Positions 10,136 through 18,690 of a stretch of 64,000 nt of DNA are shown here, in pieces. Source of the stretch: an uncultured virus (IMG/VR IMGVR_UViG_3300020727_000702) (Duplodnaviria; Heunggongvirae; Uroviricota; Caudoviricetes). Location of the stretch: IMG/VR virus record IMGVR_UViG_3300020727_000702. The stretch is one strand, 5' to 3'. The notes beneath the pieces are model-generated. The model ran no database searches. It was not told the DNA's origin and worked only from the letters and a program-made list of their open reading frames with translations. The position numbers and the translations under genes are program-made. How positions within the stretch are numbered: position 1 is the stretch's first letter; each line of letters opens with the position of its first letter.

Positions 10136-10534
10136 ATGGGCATGTTTGATTGGCTAAAATATCAAGGTGAGGAATATCAAACAAAGGATACTCCAGCCCA
10201 ATCATTAGATAATTATAAAATTGAACAGGATCAAACATCCGGTCATTGGCATTTATGGCATGAAGATTATGATGCTGAGTGGAAAGAAGATGCTGACAGA
10301 TTTGGTGGCGGATACATAAAACATTTTAATCAACGTTGGGTATGTTGCGAGGAGTTTGACGGTGAAATTCGTTTTTATCGAGAAGACAAAAACAATGGCG
10401 GGTACTACAACAACAGATGGATTGTATACAAAACATTGTTTATGAATGGACAGATGTTGAAGATTAAAGAAGTTTTTGATGAACCACTTACAAAGTGGTA
10501 CAAACAAGGTCTAGAAGATAAGGGAATAAAATGA
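10136..10534 (+). CDS. Hypothetical protein
   Basis: GGGAG SD then MGMFDW..YQTKD. Confidence 0.6.
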   Translation: MGMFDWLKYQGEEYQTKDTPAQSLDNYKIEQDQTSGHWHLWHEDYDAEWKEDADRFGGGYIKHFNQRWVCCEEFDGEIRFYREDKNNGGYYNNRWIVYKTLFMNGQMLKIKEVFDEPLTKWYKQGLEDKGIK

Positions 10535-11361
10535 GAGAATATTGGAGCTGTAGTAAATTGGCGGATAAGATTCGTGGTACTATGAAACCTGGTAGTTTAG
10601 AGTTGGGTAAATGGGAAGAGTGGGAGGAGCTAGCAAAAACTAACCACCCCGTTCGTTATTGGATAGTTGAGGAAGGCATGGACGCAGTACAAAAGTTTAT
10701 TAATTGGCCCGCTGATCAAATTAATAATGTTCGATATAGGCTTAATAATCGATTTGTTGCCGGAACCCACCAATTGACTTCGAGGCTTAAACGAGGTGAG
10801 TATCACGAATTGGATGAGCGCATACTACATTGTATCTTTGATGAGTTGGTTAATTTTGTTGAAATTGAAAAAGCATGGATGCAAGTTTGTTGGGGAGATG
10901 AAGCTACCCGGAAAAAATATCAACTACCATTTTGGCGTAAGCAATGGTGGACTCGTTGGTTTATGACTTGGCGCAACCCGCAAGCTGGAATTGATCATTT
11001 ACTTTGGGAAATGAGTTTGACTAATAATGAATATGTAAATGAAACTGATCCAGAATTTGGTAAGCCAACTTATCAATCACTTAGAGCACAAGAAATATTG
11101 GACTTGTATCAATGGTGGACTGTAACTCGTCCAGCTCGTCCTGATCCATATGAGGCCAGCGGGTGGACAGCGTACTGCGAAGCCAGTCGCGAAGCCAATG
11201 GCGGCAAGTTGGGATGGAGCGGCAGTAAGGATAATGCTACACTTAAGAAAATGTCTAAAGAAGCGCACAAAAAATTAAACAAAATAGAAGTGGCGTATGA
11301 TAAAGAAGATGAAGAAATGTTGATTAAATTGATTAAGATTCGTAAAAATCTTTGGACTTAA
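10531..11361 (+). CDS. Conserved phage hypothetical protein
   Basis: 276-aa coupled ORF. Confidence 0.65.
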   Translation: MREYWSCSKLADKIRGTMKPGSLELGKWEEWEELAKTNHPVRYWIVEEGMDAVQKFINWPADQINNVRYRLNNRFVAGTHQLTSRLKRGEYHELDERILHCIFDELVNFVEIEKAWMQVCWGDEATRKKYQLPFWRKQWWTRWFMTWRNPQAGIDHLLWEMSLTNNEYVNETDPEFGKPTYQSLRAQEILDLYQWWTVTRPARPDPYEASGWTAYCEASREANGGKLGWSGSKDNATLKKMSKEAHKKLNKIEVAYDKEDEEMLIKLIKIRKNLWT

Positions 11362-11901
11362 ATGGGATTAGTACTACCACCTAATGACCCCGCCAACCCC
11401 AAGCGTAATAAATCTAACGTAGCTAATGGACGCGACAGCAAAGATATGGAAGTGGGAGATAATTTAGTTGCATTTATTAATCGTAATGTTAGTCCTTATC
11501 CTGTAGATGTAGGTGGTCCTAGTTTTGATCTTATTCCCATCGAAAAACAAAAGGATCAGATGGTCAACGTGGCACGTATGCATGCCCGACAGGAATATAG
11601 TCGCATTATGGAGTTAGTAGCAGTATTACAGCGTCAAGCGGATGAAGTGCGCAAACGAGTAGATATTACAGACTTAGTTCATGCCGCAAAGTATGCGTTT
11701 CAGATTTATCATGGACAATGTTATTGGTTAGTAAGGGACCATAAACGAGGTGGAACTATTTTAGTACAAACAGGGCCGGATGAATGGACAACTACTCCCC
11801 CGGAATATTATGAGTATATTTGCCGTGTCAAGTGGTTAGGTGATTATACATGGATCGAAGTGGATAACGAGGGTAATGATGTCTGGACAAACCGTTTTTG
11901 A
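11362..11901 (+). CDS. DUF2452-like protein
   Basis: PYPVDVGGPSF..YAFQIYHGQCYWL..PDEW..DYTW pattern. Confidence 0.55.
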   Translation: MGLVLPPNDPANPKRNKSNVANGRDSKDMEVGDNLVAFINRNVSPYPVDVGGPSFDLIPIEKQKDQMVNVARMHARQEYSRIMELVAVLQRQADEVRKRVDITDLVHAAKYAFQIYHGQCYWLVRDHKRGGTILVQTGPDEWTTTPPEYYEYICRVKWLGDYTWIEVDNEGNDVWTNRF

Positions 11902-12139
11902 GCAAATAGCAACACATATGGCGGAACGTAACGATACTACATTAAAAGTATGGTCAGGTAAGATTGACATAGAAGAATACCTACAATGGAAGAAAGACTT
12001 TATTTGGGAAGCGTTACATGGACAACGCTATGGGCAAAGTTTTTGTAATCGTTTTGGCATACACGACAATCATTTGTTTTATAATACAGGTGGTATAGAA
12101 TGGGCAGACGAATATATTAAAAAGACTTATTTTGCTTGA
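11876..12139 (+). CDS. Hypothetical protein
   Basis: ORF in operon; GQRYGQSFCNRFGI. Confidence 0.55.
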   Translation: MMSGQTVFEQIATHMAERNDTTLKVWSGKIDIEEYLQWKKDFIWEALHGQRYGQSFCNRFGIHDNHLFYNTGGIEWADEYIKKTYFA

Positions 12140-12350
12140 TCCAAAATTTACTCACTCTGTTAGAATTACCATGGTACATAACGATGATATTTTGGCGTGG
12201 GATGAAATATGCTACAAGACTATAGAATTATTTGGACTGCCAGGCGACAGATATATAACTGATATCAGCTACAAATGGATGGATTGGATATTTCGAGATG
12301 CTAAAGATGCGCTGATATTCAAATTAAAGTTTAGTGAGGTCACCGTATGA
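12132..12350 (+). CDS. Small hypothetical protein (FxxxxDxxxFxLxF/W type)
   Basis: Ends FRDAKDALIFKLKF. Confidence 0.55.
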   Translation: MLDPKFTHSVRITMVHNDDILAWDEICYKTIELFGLPGDRYITDISYKWMDWIFRDAKDALIFKLKFSEVTV

Positions 12351-12580
12351 TTCTAGAACAAGGCGATTTTATACAACCAAAACAAGGATTTAATCATGCC
12401 AAAATGATTACCAAATCGTTTGGCGTAATTGAAGAAATATTAGATTGGTGTAAACGTGAATTATCAAATGAATGGCGCTGGCAACTTAAAGAAGTTAGTA
12501 CACATACTCGTAATGGTGAATACATATTTTATTTTGATTCCGAACGAGACTACTTGACTTTTTTAATGAAATGGGCATAG
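12347..12580 (+). CDS. Small hypothetical protein (FxxxxDxxxFxLxF/W type)
   Basis: Ends FDSERDYLTFLMKW. Confidence 0.55.
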   Translation: MILEQGDFIQPKQGFNHAKMITKSFGVIEEILDWCKRELSNEWRWQLKEVSTHTRNGEYIFYFDSERDYLTFLMKWA

Positions 12581-12581
12581 T

Positions 12582-12610
12582 TTGACTTTTAATCATTTTT
12601 CAATTATAAT
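12582..12610 (+). promoter_or_regulatory. Sigma70-type promoter
   Basis: TTGACT-N17-TATAAT. Confidence 0.7.
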
Positions 12611-12642
12611 ATAAACTGCTATAGTCAATTAAGGAGTAAAAA

Positions 12643-12996
12643 ATGAAATCATATAGATTCTTGGGAGAAGAAGCCGAAGTATTAGGCAATAGACTTGACC
12701 ATGCTCGTAAGATATTATTCGAAACAACAACACCATGGGCTAAAAATTACTGGGGCCAAACAGTGGAACGTTTACTATTTCAATGGCGCCAACTACCTAT
12801 TCTTCATGATGGAGATGCTCAAATAACTATCATACCCAAATGGACAATCAGTTATGAATTTTATGAAAGTCAACAAGAAGGCAACTTGTACGGAGTAAGT
12901 GATCGTTTATACGATAAAGTGTTTAATAGCAAAAATGCCGACTTAACTGCCAGTTGGGAAGCTCATAGAGCACAAAGATTGGCAAGGGCTCAGTAA
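12643..12996 (+). CDS. Hypothetical protein
   Basis: TAAGGAG SD. Confidence 0.65.
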   Translation: MKSYRFLGEEAEVLGNRLDHARKILFETTTPWAKNYWGQTVERLLFQWRQLPILHDGDAQITIIPKWTISYEFYESQQEGNLYGVSDRLYDKVFNSKNADLTASWEAHRAQRLARAQ

Positions 12997-13190
12997 TGAA
13001 CGAACGTATTCGACAATTTGCTGAACAATCTGGATGGTTAGCCAACGAACGTGATGTTGGTGATCAGTATCGTTTCTTCAATCAACTAAAATTTGCCAAA
13101 TTAGTTGCCAAAGAATGTGCTGCTATAGCCGAAGAAGGAAGAGCAGTGGCTGTTGATATTGCTATTAAAAAATATTTTGGAATTGAATAA
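12996..13190 (+). CDS. Hypothetical protein (MNERI-type small phage ORF)
   Basis: MNERIRQFAEQ..KFAKLVAKECA. Confidence 0.6.
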   Translation: MNERIRQFAEQSGWLANERDVGDQYRFFNQLKFAKLVAKECAAIAEEGRAVAVDIAIKKYFGIE

Positions 13191-13369
13191 TGAATATTAC
13201 AAGAAAGCGTTTTAAATCACATGATGGAAAACTTTTCCATGTTAGAGAAGTTTCAATGGGTAGCGACAACAAACTTTGGGTGTACTATAATGAAGTTGAC
13301 AAAGAGCATGAATATTCTTGTTTGCTAGAAGCATTTACTGATAGATTTACGCTAACGGAAGAAGAATGA
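13190..13369 (+). CDS. Small hypothetical protein (59 aa, not in track)
   Basis: TAATG and ATGA coupling at both ends; MNITRKRFKSHDGKLFHV..YSCLLEAFTDRF. Confidence 0.55.
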   Translation: MNITRKRFKSHDGKLFHVREVSMGSDNKLWVYYNEVDKEHEYSCLLEAFTDRFTLTEEE

Positions 13370-13557
13370 CTGAAGAAAGATTGATGATTGTCGAAGCTGT
13401 ATTCAATGGGCTTATTGGGCAAGAACATTTGACCCAAGACGAAATCGATGAGTTTATGGAATTGGTATGTGATGCCGCCATTCAAAAAGAATTAGATGCG
13501 GCTGTGGAACGCGGTTGCGCAGTCTTTAGTGGATACGAGGACGAATCAATACATTAG
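13366..13557 (+). CDS. Small acidic hypothetical protein
   Basis: Coupled ORF. Confidence 0.55.
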   Translation: MTEERLMIVEAVFNGLIGQEHLTQDEIDEFMELVCDAAIQKELDAAVERGCAVFSGYEDESIH

Positions 13558-13562
13558 TTGTT

Positions 13563-13648
13563 ATTAAAAAAATCAATAACGTTTATTAAAATTATTATTG
13601 GAAAAATTAATAAAAACCCTTGATCTTATTATTAAATACTATTACAAT
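13563..13648 (+). promoter_or_regulatory. OxyR/LysR-like operator plus sigma70 promoter upstream of rubrerythrin
   Basis: ATTA-N7-CAAT-N7-ATTA-N7-TATT phasing, then TTGATC-N17-TACAAT. Confidence 0.4.
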
Positions 13649-13673
13649 ATTACTTTACTTTAAGGAGATGTCA

Positions 13674-14123
13674 ATGAGTATTACTATTAAGAATTTGGAG
13701 GCGGCATTTGCAGGTGAAAGCCAAGCGTTTACCAAATATATGTATTTTGCTAAGATTGCTAGAGCAGAAGGATATGAGGAAGTAGCTAAACATTTTGAGC
13801 ATACAGCTTCGCAAGAACTATTGCATTCGCATGGTCACTTGGAATTGATTGTGGGTAAACCCTCTACTAAAGAATGTTTGCAAATGGCCATTGAAGGTGA
13901 AACATACGAATTCACTACGATGTATCCAGAATTTTTAGACAAAGCCATGGAAGAAGGCGACTATGCGGCAGCCAAAGAAGCAAAAACACAAATTGCCGAA
14001 AGCAGAGAACATGCTAGTGAATTCGTAACTATGCTGAAAAAAGCTGAAAAACGATTTGCTGCATTATCTCGAGTAGAAAAGCGTCATGCTGAGGCTTATT
14101 CAAAAGTGCTGGAGACTCTATAA
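13674..14123 (+). CDS. rbr: Rubrerythrin (di-iron four-helix bundle)
   Basis: NLEAAFAGESQA, ELLHSHGH, AIEGETYEFTTMYP, ESREH and EKRHAE motifs. Confidence 0.9.
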   Translation: MSITIKNLEAAFAGESQAFTKYMYFAKIARAEGYEEVAKHFEHTASQELLHSHGHLELIVGKPSTKECLQMAIEGETYEFTTMYPEFLDKAMEEGDYAAAKEAKTQIAESREHASEFVTMLKKAEKRFAALSRVEKRHAEAYSKVLETL

Positions 14124-14254
14124 TGAAACAAGTTTATCGTTGTATCGTTTGCGGACATACATTAACCGTAGAAGAATATAATTCTATGCCAGAGGACTAT
14201 ACCTGTCCAGATTGTGGAGTAGGTAAATCAGATTATGAATTGGTAGATTTTTAA
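14123..14254 (+). CDS. Rubredoxin (43 aa, not in track)
   Basis: MKQVYRCIVCGH..MPEDYTCPDCGVGKSDYE; two CxxC motifs; TAATG-coupled to rubrerythrin. Confidence 0.85.
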   Translation: MKQVYRCIVCGHTLTVEEYNSMPEDYTCPDCGVGKSDYELVDF

Positions 14255-14286
14255 TCCAATTGTAATATTTGAGTTAGTAAATACTC

Positions 14287-14326
14287 TGCGGGCACAAGAT
14301 AAGGTGTCGCTGGATCCGTAACCAGT
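14287..14326 (+). ncRNA. Candidate small pseudoknotted RNA
   Basis: Lies between TAAATA (14278) and a terminator; two hairpins plus TGCGG/CCGTA pairing. Confidence 0.4.
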
Positions 14327-14329
14327 ACT

Positions 14330-14353
14330 AAAGGACCTTTTGGTCCTTTTTTT
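14330..14353 (+). terminator. Intrinsic terminator
   Basis: AAAGGACC-TTTT-GGTCCTTT plus T-run. Confidence 0.75.
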
Positions 14354-14424
14354 ATTGTAATAATTTTCTGGTTGATTTTTGCTATATACTATGTTACAGT
14401 TATATTACAAAAGGAGGATTGGCT

Positions 14425-14583
14425 ATGAAACAAAAAAAATTAATTTCCAAATTGTATCAGGCTTGTCTAGACCACAACGTCGAAAAGGTTCAAGAACTCA
14501 AGAAAAAAGAGTTTGAAAAAATCTTTAAACACAAGGCCCAAGGCAAACAATTTGATACTAAGTGGCATGTAGTTACGGTGTAA
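14425..14583 (+). CDS. Small basic hypothetical protein (52 aa)
   Basis: [23 protein letters not shown]. Confidence 0.55.
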   Translation: MKQKKLISKLYQACLDHNVEKVQELKKKEFEKIFKHKAQGKQFDTKWHVVTV

Positions 14584-14595
14584 CAGGAGTGTAAT
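14578..14595 (+). promoter_or_regulatory. Pho-box-like direct repeat
   Basis: GTGTAAC-AGGA-GTGTAAT, 11-bp period, just upstream of the plcP-like gene. Confidence 0.4.
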
Positions 14596-14628
14596 AACGT
14601 TTTCTCTGGCAACGCAGTAAATAGTATT

Positions 14629-15387
14629 ATGCCAGAGAAAACTTACCGTTCAATCTTCATCTCAGACATACATCTCGGGACCCGTGACTGTAAGGCAGAA
14701 GCTCTCAATAACTTTCTCAAGCACAACACCTGCGAAACACTTTATCTTGTAGGCGATGTGATAGATGCCTGGAAAATACAGCAAAACAAATGGCGTTGGA
14801 AACAGAGCCATACCAATGTTGTACGCAGAATCTTGGGCCATGCCAAGCGCGGCACTAGAGTGATTTATGTGGCTGGAAATCACGATGAATTCCTCCGCCC
14901 GCTTATTCCTTATGGTATGGGTTTTGGCGCAGTAGAAATTGTTAATCAAACGGAACACATTGGATTAGATGGTAAACACTATCTAGTTACACACGGCGAT
15001 CTCTTTGATGGCATTACACGCTTGGCTCCCTGGCTGAGTTTCCTAGGAGATAAATTATATGACTTCGTTCTCGATCTTAACAGCAGGTTTAATTGGATAC
15101 GCCACAGGATGGGTTTTGGTTATTGGAGTTTGTCTAAGTTTCTCAAGCATAAGGTCAAGAAAGCCGCTGACTTTATGTTTCAGTTTGAGCTTAATCTTGC
15201 TGGTTATTGCCGCAAGCGCGGTTATGATGGCGTTATCGTAGGTCATATTCACTCGGCCGAAATAAAAGAAATAGATGGCATTATCTACATGAATGACGGT
15301 GACTGGGTGGAGTCAATGACCGCACTAGTGGAACATCACGATGGTCAGTGGGAAATTGTGTCTTGGACTAAAACAAGTGACAAATAA
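14629..15387 (+). CDS. plcP: PlcP-type phospholipase C / LpxH-like (COG2908) metallophosphoesterase
   Basis: FISDIHLG, LVGDVID, GNHDEFLR, HGDLFD, YWSLS, GHIH and NDGDWVES motifs; upstream of a GT4 gene. Confidence 0.8.
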   Translation: MPEKTYRSIFISDIHLGTRDCKAEALNNFLKHNTCETLYLVGDVIDAWKIQQNKWRWKQSHTNVVRRILGHAKRGTRVIYVAGNHDEFLRPLIPYGMGFGAVEIVNQTEHIGLDGKHYLVTHGDLFDGITRLAPWLSFLGDKLYDFVLDLNSRFNWIRHRMGFGYWSLSKFLKHKVKKAADFMFQFELNLAGYCRKRGYDGVIVGHIHSAEIKEIDGIIYMNDGDWVESMTALVEHHDGQWEIVSWTKTSDK

Positions 15388-16288
15388 CGACAAATTATAT
15401 GTAGTAACTAGCATATTCAATCCTCAAGAATATCAATCAAGATATCGGTTATACAATAATTTTGCTGATTATATTAAACAATTTGAAAATGTTGAATTGT
15501 GGACTGTAGAACTTATATTTGAAGGGCAAAATTTTGTAGTTACACAATCAGATTGTCCGCAACATATACAGCTCAAGACTGATGAAATTTTATGGTATAA
15601 AGAAAATTTACTTAATATCGGCATCCAACATCTTCCTGTTGAGGCCAAATATATTGCTTGGATAGATGCTGACATTGTATTTGAAAATCCTAATTGGTCA
15701 GTTAACACTATAGCCGCATTAGACCAGTATCCTTTTGTGCAAATGTTTGAAGAAGCTCTTGACCTTGGCCCTGACGGCGAAGTTGTTGGGCGAGATAAAA
15801 GTTTTATATACAAATGGTTAAACGGCAATGAAAATCCTAAAAAACGGGGCCGTTCGGGACTAGCTTGGGCCGCTACTCGTGATGCTTTAGATTGTGTTGG
15901 CGGGTTAATTGATTGGGGTATCGTAGGATCAGGTGACTGGTTTATGGCATTTAGTTTAACAGAGCAAGTAACGGATTCTAGTTTAAATAGAAAGAGCGGC
16001 GGATTCAGCGGCCAAGCTATACAAGCGTGGGCGGACTTATGTAAAAAATGCGTGGCAGGTAATGTAGGATATGTTACTGGATCAATAAAACATAACTGGC
16101 ACGGTAAAAAATCAAACCGTGGTTATAATTGGCGTTGGAAAATATTAAGCGAAAATAAATTTAATCCCATTGAAGATTTAGGATATAAAGAAAATGGATT
16201 GATTAAACTTAAATCGCACAAACCTCAATTATTAGAAGATATACAACAATACTTTCAATCTAGAGATGAAGACGATACAGAAAAATAA
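15377..16288 (+). CDS. GT-A fold glycosyltransferase-like protein
   Basis: WYKENLLNIGI, AWIDADI (DxD), GSGDWFMA and HNWHG motifs; GTG start inferred. Confidence 0.6.
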   Translation: MTNNDKLYVVTSIFNPQEYQSRYRLYNNFADYIKQFENVELWTVELIFEGQNFVVTQSDCPQHIQLKTDEILWYKENLLNIGIQHLPVEAKYIAWIDADIVFENPNWSVNTIAALDQYPFVQMFEEALDLGPDGEVVGRDKSFIYKWLNGNENPKKRGRSGLAWAATRDALDCVGGLIDWGIVGSGDWFMAFSLTEQVTDSSLNRKSGGFSGQAIQAWADLCKKCVAGNVGYVTGSIKHNWHGKKSNRGYNWRWKILSENKFNPIEDLGYKENGLIKLKSHKPQLLEDIQQYFQSRDEDDTEK

Positions 16289-17288
16289 ACTTAAAACAAT
16301 TTTAATAGTTACAGACAATGTTACAAATCAAATTAACGGAGTGGTCACAACTTTCAAAGCCTTGGAAGATTGCGCTAATGATGCTGGGTATAACATTGTT
16401 TATTGTGATCCCGGGCAGTTCCCTCATATTGATTGTCCTGGTTACCCTGAAGTTAAACTTTCCTGGCCACACGGCATTTCTAAAAAGATTAAGGCGTTAC
16501 AGCCGGATTATATTCACATTGCCACCGAAGGGCCAGTAGGATTCTTTGCTCGTTGGTGGTGTGAGCGTAATAGCATTCCATATAATACAAGTTATCATAC
16601 AGATTTTCCTAAGTTTTTAAAAACAATGTATGGCATACCTAAATCTTGGACTTATTGGTATTTGCGTTGGTTTCATAAAAACAGTCATCGAGTATTAACT
16701 ACAACCAAAAGTATTAAAAAAGATTTAGAACTACACGGATTTAAAAATTTAGTAGTATGGACTCGTGGGGTGGACAGAACTATATTTAATAGCACACATC
16801 GTGGAGAAACTGTAGCAGGCCGACCTATACTATTAAATGTTAGTCGTGTTAGTAAAGAAAAAGGCTTAGATGATTTTTGTCGTTTAGATTATCCTGGCGC
16901 AACTAAAATCATAGTAGGTGACGGTCCGTATCGACGAGAGTTAGAACAACGTTATCCCAAGGTTCATTTTGCTGGAGCCAAACGAGGAATACAATTGGCA
17001 CATTATTATGCCCAAGCTGATGTATTTGTATTTCCAAGTCGTTCCGATACGTTTGGTGTAGTTAACATAGAAGCCATGGCTTGTGGAACTCCTGTCGCTG
17101 CTTATCCCGTTCCTGGTCCCATTGACATTATCGAAGAAGGAATAACGGGTAGTTTAGATAATAATCTAGCATTGGCTATTGCTCGTTGTTTGCTACTCAA
17201 TCGTTCTCAAGTAGAAGATGCCAGTTTGAAATGGACATGGGATAAATGCTGGCATATATTCCAAAAAAACCTTGTGTCTATTGTATAA
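16266..17288 (+). CDS. GT4 glycosyltransferase (Agt-like glycolipid synthase)
   Basis: IVTD..QINGVVTT, HIATEGP, TSYHT, RGVD, RVSKEK and FPSRSDTFGVVNIEAMACGTPVAA motifs. Confidence 0.85.
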   Translation: MKTIQKNKLKTILIVTDNVTNQINGVVTTFKALEDCANDAGYNIVYCDPGQFPHIDCPGYPEVKLSWPHGISKKIKALQPDYIHIATEGPVGFFARWWCERNSIPYNTSYHTDFPKFLKTMYGIPKSWTYWYLRWFHKNSHRVLTTTKSIKKDLELHGFKNLVVWTRGVDRTIFNSTHRGETVAGRPILLNVSRVSKEKGLDDFCRLDYPGATKIIVGDGPYRRELEQRYPKVHFAGAKRGIQLAHYYAQADVFVFPSRSDTFGVVNIEAMACGTPVAAYPVPGPIDIIEEGITGSLDNNLALAIARCLLLNRSQVEDASLKWTWDKCWHIFQKNLVSIV

Positions 17289-17306
17289 AAATAAAATTAC
17301 TTTTGG

Positions 17307-17335
17307 TTGATTCTTTATTACCAAACTGTTATAAT
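17307..17335 (+). promoter_or_regulatory. Sigma70-type promoter
   Basis: TTGATT-N17-TATAAT; ATG 7 nt downstream. Confidence 0.65.
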
Positions 17336-17341
17336 CACAGT

Positions 17342-17572
17342 ATGAAAAATAAAGAATTAGCACATTACGTCAAGTGGGTAGCAACCACAATTACCCTTTC
17401 GGGCGCAGTATTAGCTTCATTAAACATTTATCCCTATAGTGCCGTCACGCTAAACATTGGAGCGGGGTTATTCTTAATCTGGGCTATTTTGGTTAAAGAT
17501 CGTGCTATGATCACAGTAAATCTTGGGTTATTACTAATATATTCAACGGGATTAGCTATTAAATCGTTGTAA
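17342..17572 (+). CDS. Small multi-pass membrane protein
   Basis: KWVAT..LASLNIYP..WAILVKDRAMITVN; three hydrophobic segments. Confidence 0.65.
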   Translation: MKNKELAHYVKWVATTITLSGAVLASLNIYPYSAVTLNIGAGLFLIWAILVKDRAMITVNLGLLLIYSTGLAIKSL

Positions 17573-17592
17573 AAATACAACATCTATTTTGG

Positions 17593-17621
17593 TTGACAAG
17601 TTATTCATTTGGAACTATACT
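17593..17621 (+). promoter_or_regulatory. Sigma70-type promoter
   Basis: TTGACA-N17-TATACT. Confidence 0.75.
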
Positions 17622-17650
17622 GCATGTATAGTAATTAATTAGGAGCAAAT

Positions 17651-17863
17651 ATGTTTGAAACTTGTGTAGATCAGTTAGTTAAAGTAACACTAACCAATGA
17701 ACCCATTAAAACTGAATGGTTTAATGGTACACTATTTGTTAGCACTATTAACGAAGCTCAAGCTCGTAGTGTGTTTCATAGATTGAGCCAAACTTTAGGA
17801 TTGGGCAAGGTTCAAATAAGTCCAATTGGTGATACAGGCGAATATGCCTACGATTTTGTTTAA
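17651..17863 (+). CDS. Hypothetical protein
   Basis: TAGGAG SD. Confidence 0.6.
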   Translation: MFETCVDQLVKVTLTNEPIKTEWFNGTLFVSTINEAQARSVFHRLSQTLGLGKVQISPIGDTGEYAYDFV

Positions 17864-17878
17864 TTAAGGAGCGATAAC

Positions 17879-18265
17879 ATGGCTTATATTAATAAAAATG
17901 ATGTGGCACAAATCCGTAATGAACTTAAAGCGGCATTCCCTAAATTTAAATTTGGGGTACGCAAAGACAACGGATTGGCAGTAGACGTGACCATCAAATC
18001 CGGTCCTACCAACTTTGACGCAATTTTTACTCATGGTAAAGGGTATGCTCAGATTAATCAATATTGGTTAGGAAACTATGGTGACCATAGTGAGTTTTTA
18101 ACCAAAGTATTAGATATTATCAAAACGGCTCCAAGTCGTGGCGAAGGATTCCACAAAGGTTCTGGCTGGTTTGATGAATCAGACGCAATGACTGACTACT
18201 TCCATACAGCATACTATATTCATTTGAATATTGGTAGCTGGAGCAAACCATACGAGGTGAAGTAA
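17879..18265 (+). CDS. Hypothetical protein (LPD29-like)
   Basis: IRNELKAAFPKFKFGVR..DESDAMTDYFH. Confidence 0.55.
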   Translation: MAYINKNDVAQIRNELKAAFPKFKFGVRKDNGLAVDVTIKSGPTNFDAIFTHGKGYAQINQYWLGNYGDHSEFLTKVLDIIKTAPSRGEGFHKGSGWFDESDAMTDYFHTAYYIHLNIGSWSKPYEVK

Positions 18266-18444
18266 TGATTAATCCAATTCCACGCAGTGGGTTGTTTGTC
18301 ACTCCAGATAGCTTTGAAGAGCTAATGAAAATGACTGAAGGATGTAGTGGCAGTGATCAAGAACGTAGATTAGTTTTTCTAGGAGCTATGATGGCACTTA
18401 ATCTAGCACATAAATTGGTTGAAGAATCTAAAGAGGTAGCATAA
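18265..18444 (+). CDS. Small hypothetical protein (59 aa)
   Basis: GAGGTG SD, TAATG coupling; MINPIPRSGLFVTP. Confidence 0.55.
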   Translation: MINPIPRSGLFVTPDSFEELMKMTEGCSGSDQERRLVFLGAMMALNLAHKLVEESKEVA

Positions 18445-18593
18445 TGACACAAATTAAAACTCGCACAGACGCAGAATTAGATGCGTTTGAATACTTAAGA
18501 TTTGAAATGGAGTATGAAGACTGGTGTAAAAAATATACTCCAAATTACATCATTGAAAATGAGGATGATGTTTTGGATAACCAAAATAACTAA
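18444..18593 (+). CDS. Small acidic hypothetical protein (49 aa)
   Basis: GAGGT SD, TAATG coupling. Confidence 0.45.
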   Translation: MTQIKTRTDAELDAFEYLRFEMEYEDWCKKYTPNYIIENEDDVLDNQNN

Positions 18594-18598
18594 AGTGG

Positions 18599-18627
18599 TT
18601 GATTTCAAAAGCAAATTCAGCTATAAT
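18599..18627 (+). promoter_or_regulatory. Sigma70-type promoter
   Basis: TTGATT-N17-TATAAT. Confidence 0.65.
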
Positions 18628-18690
18628 AGTAGTGTAGTAAGTAGTATAGGCATCAAAATTAACTTAAATAGGCAACTAGAAAGGCATCAA

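Noticed and set aside
14629..15387. Lipid A biosynthesis LpxH
   Set aside because: The motif pattern and linkage to a GT4 gene fit PlcP better; a phylogeny is needed to be certain
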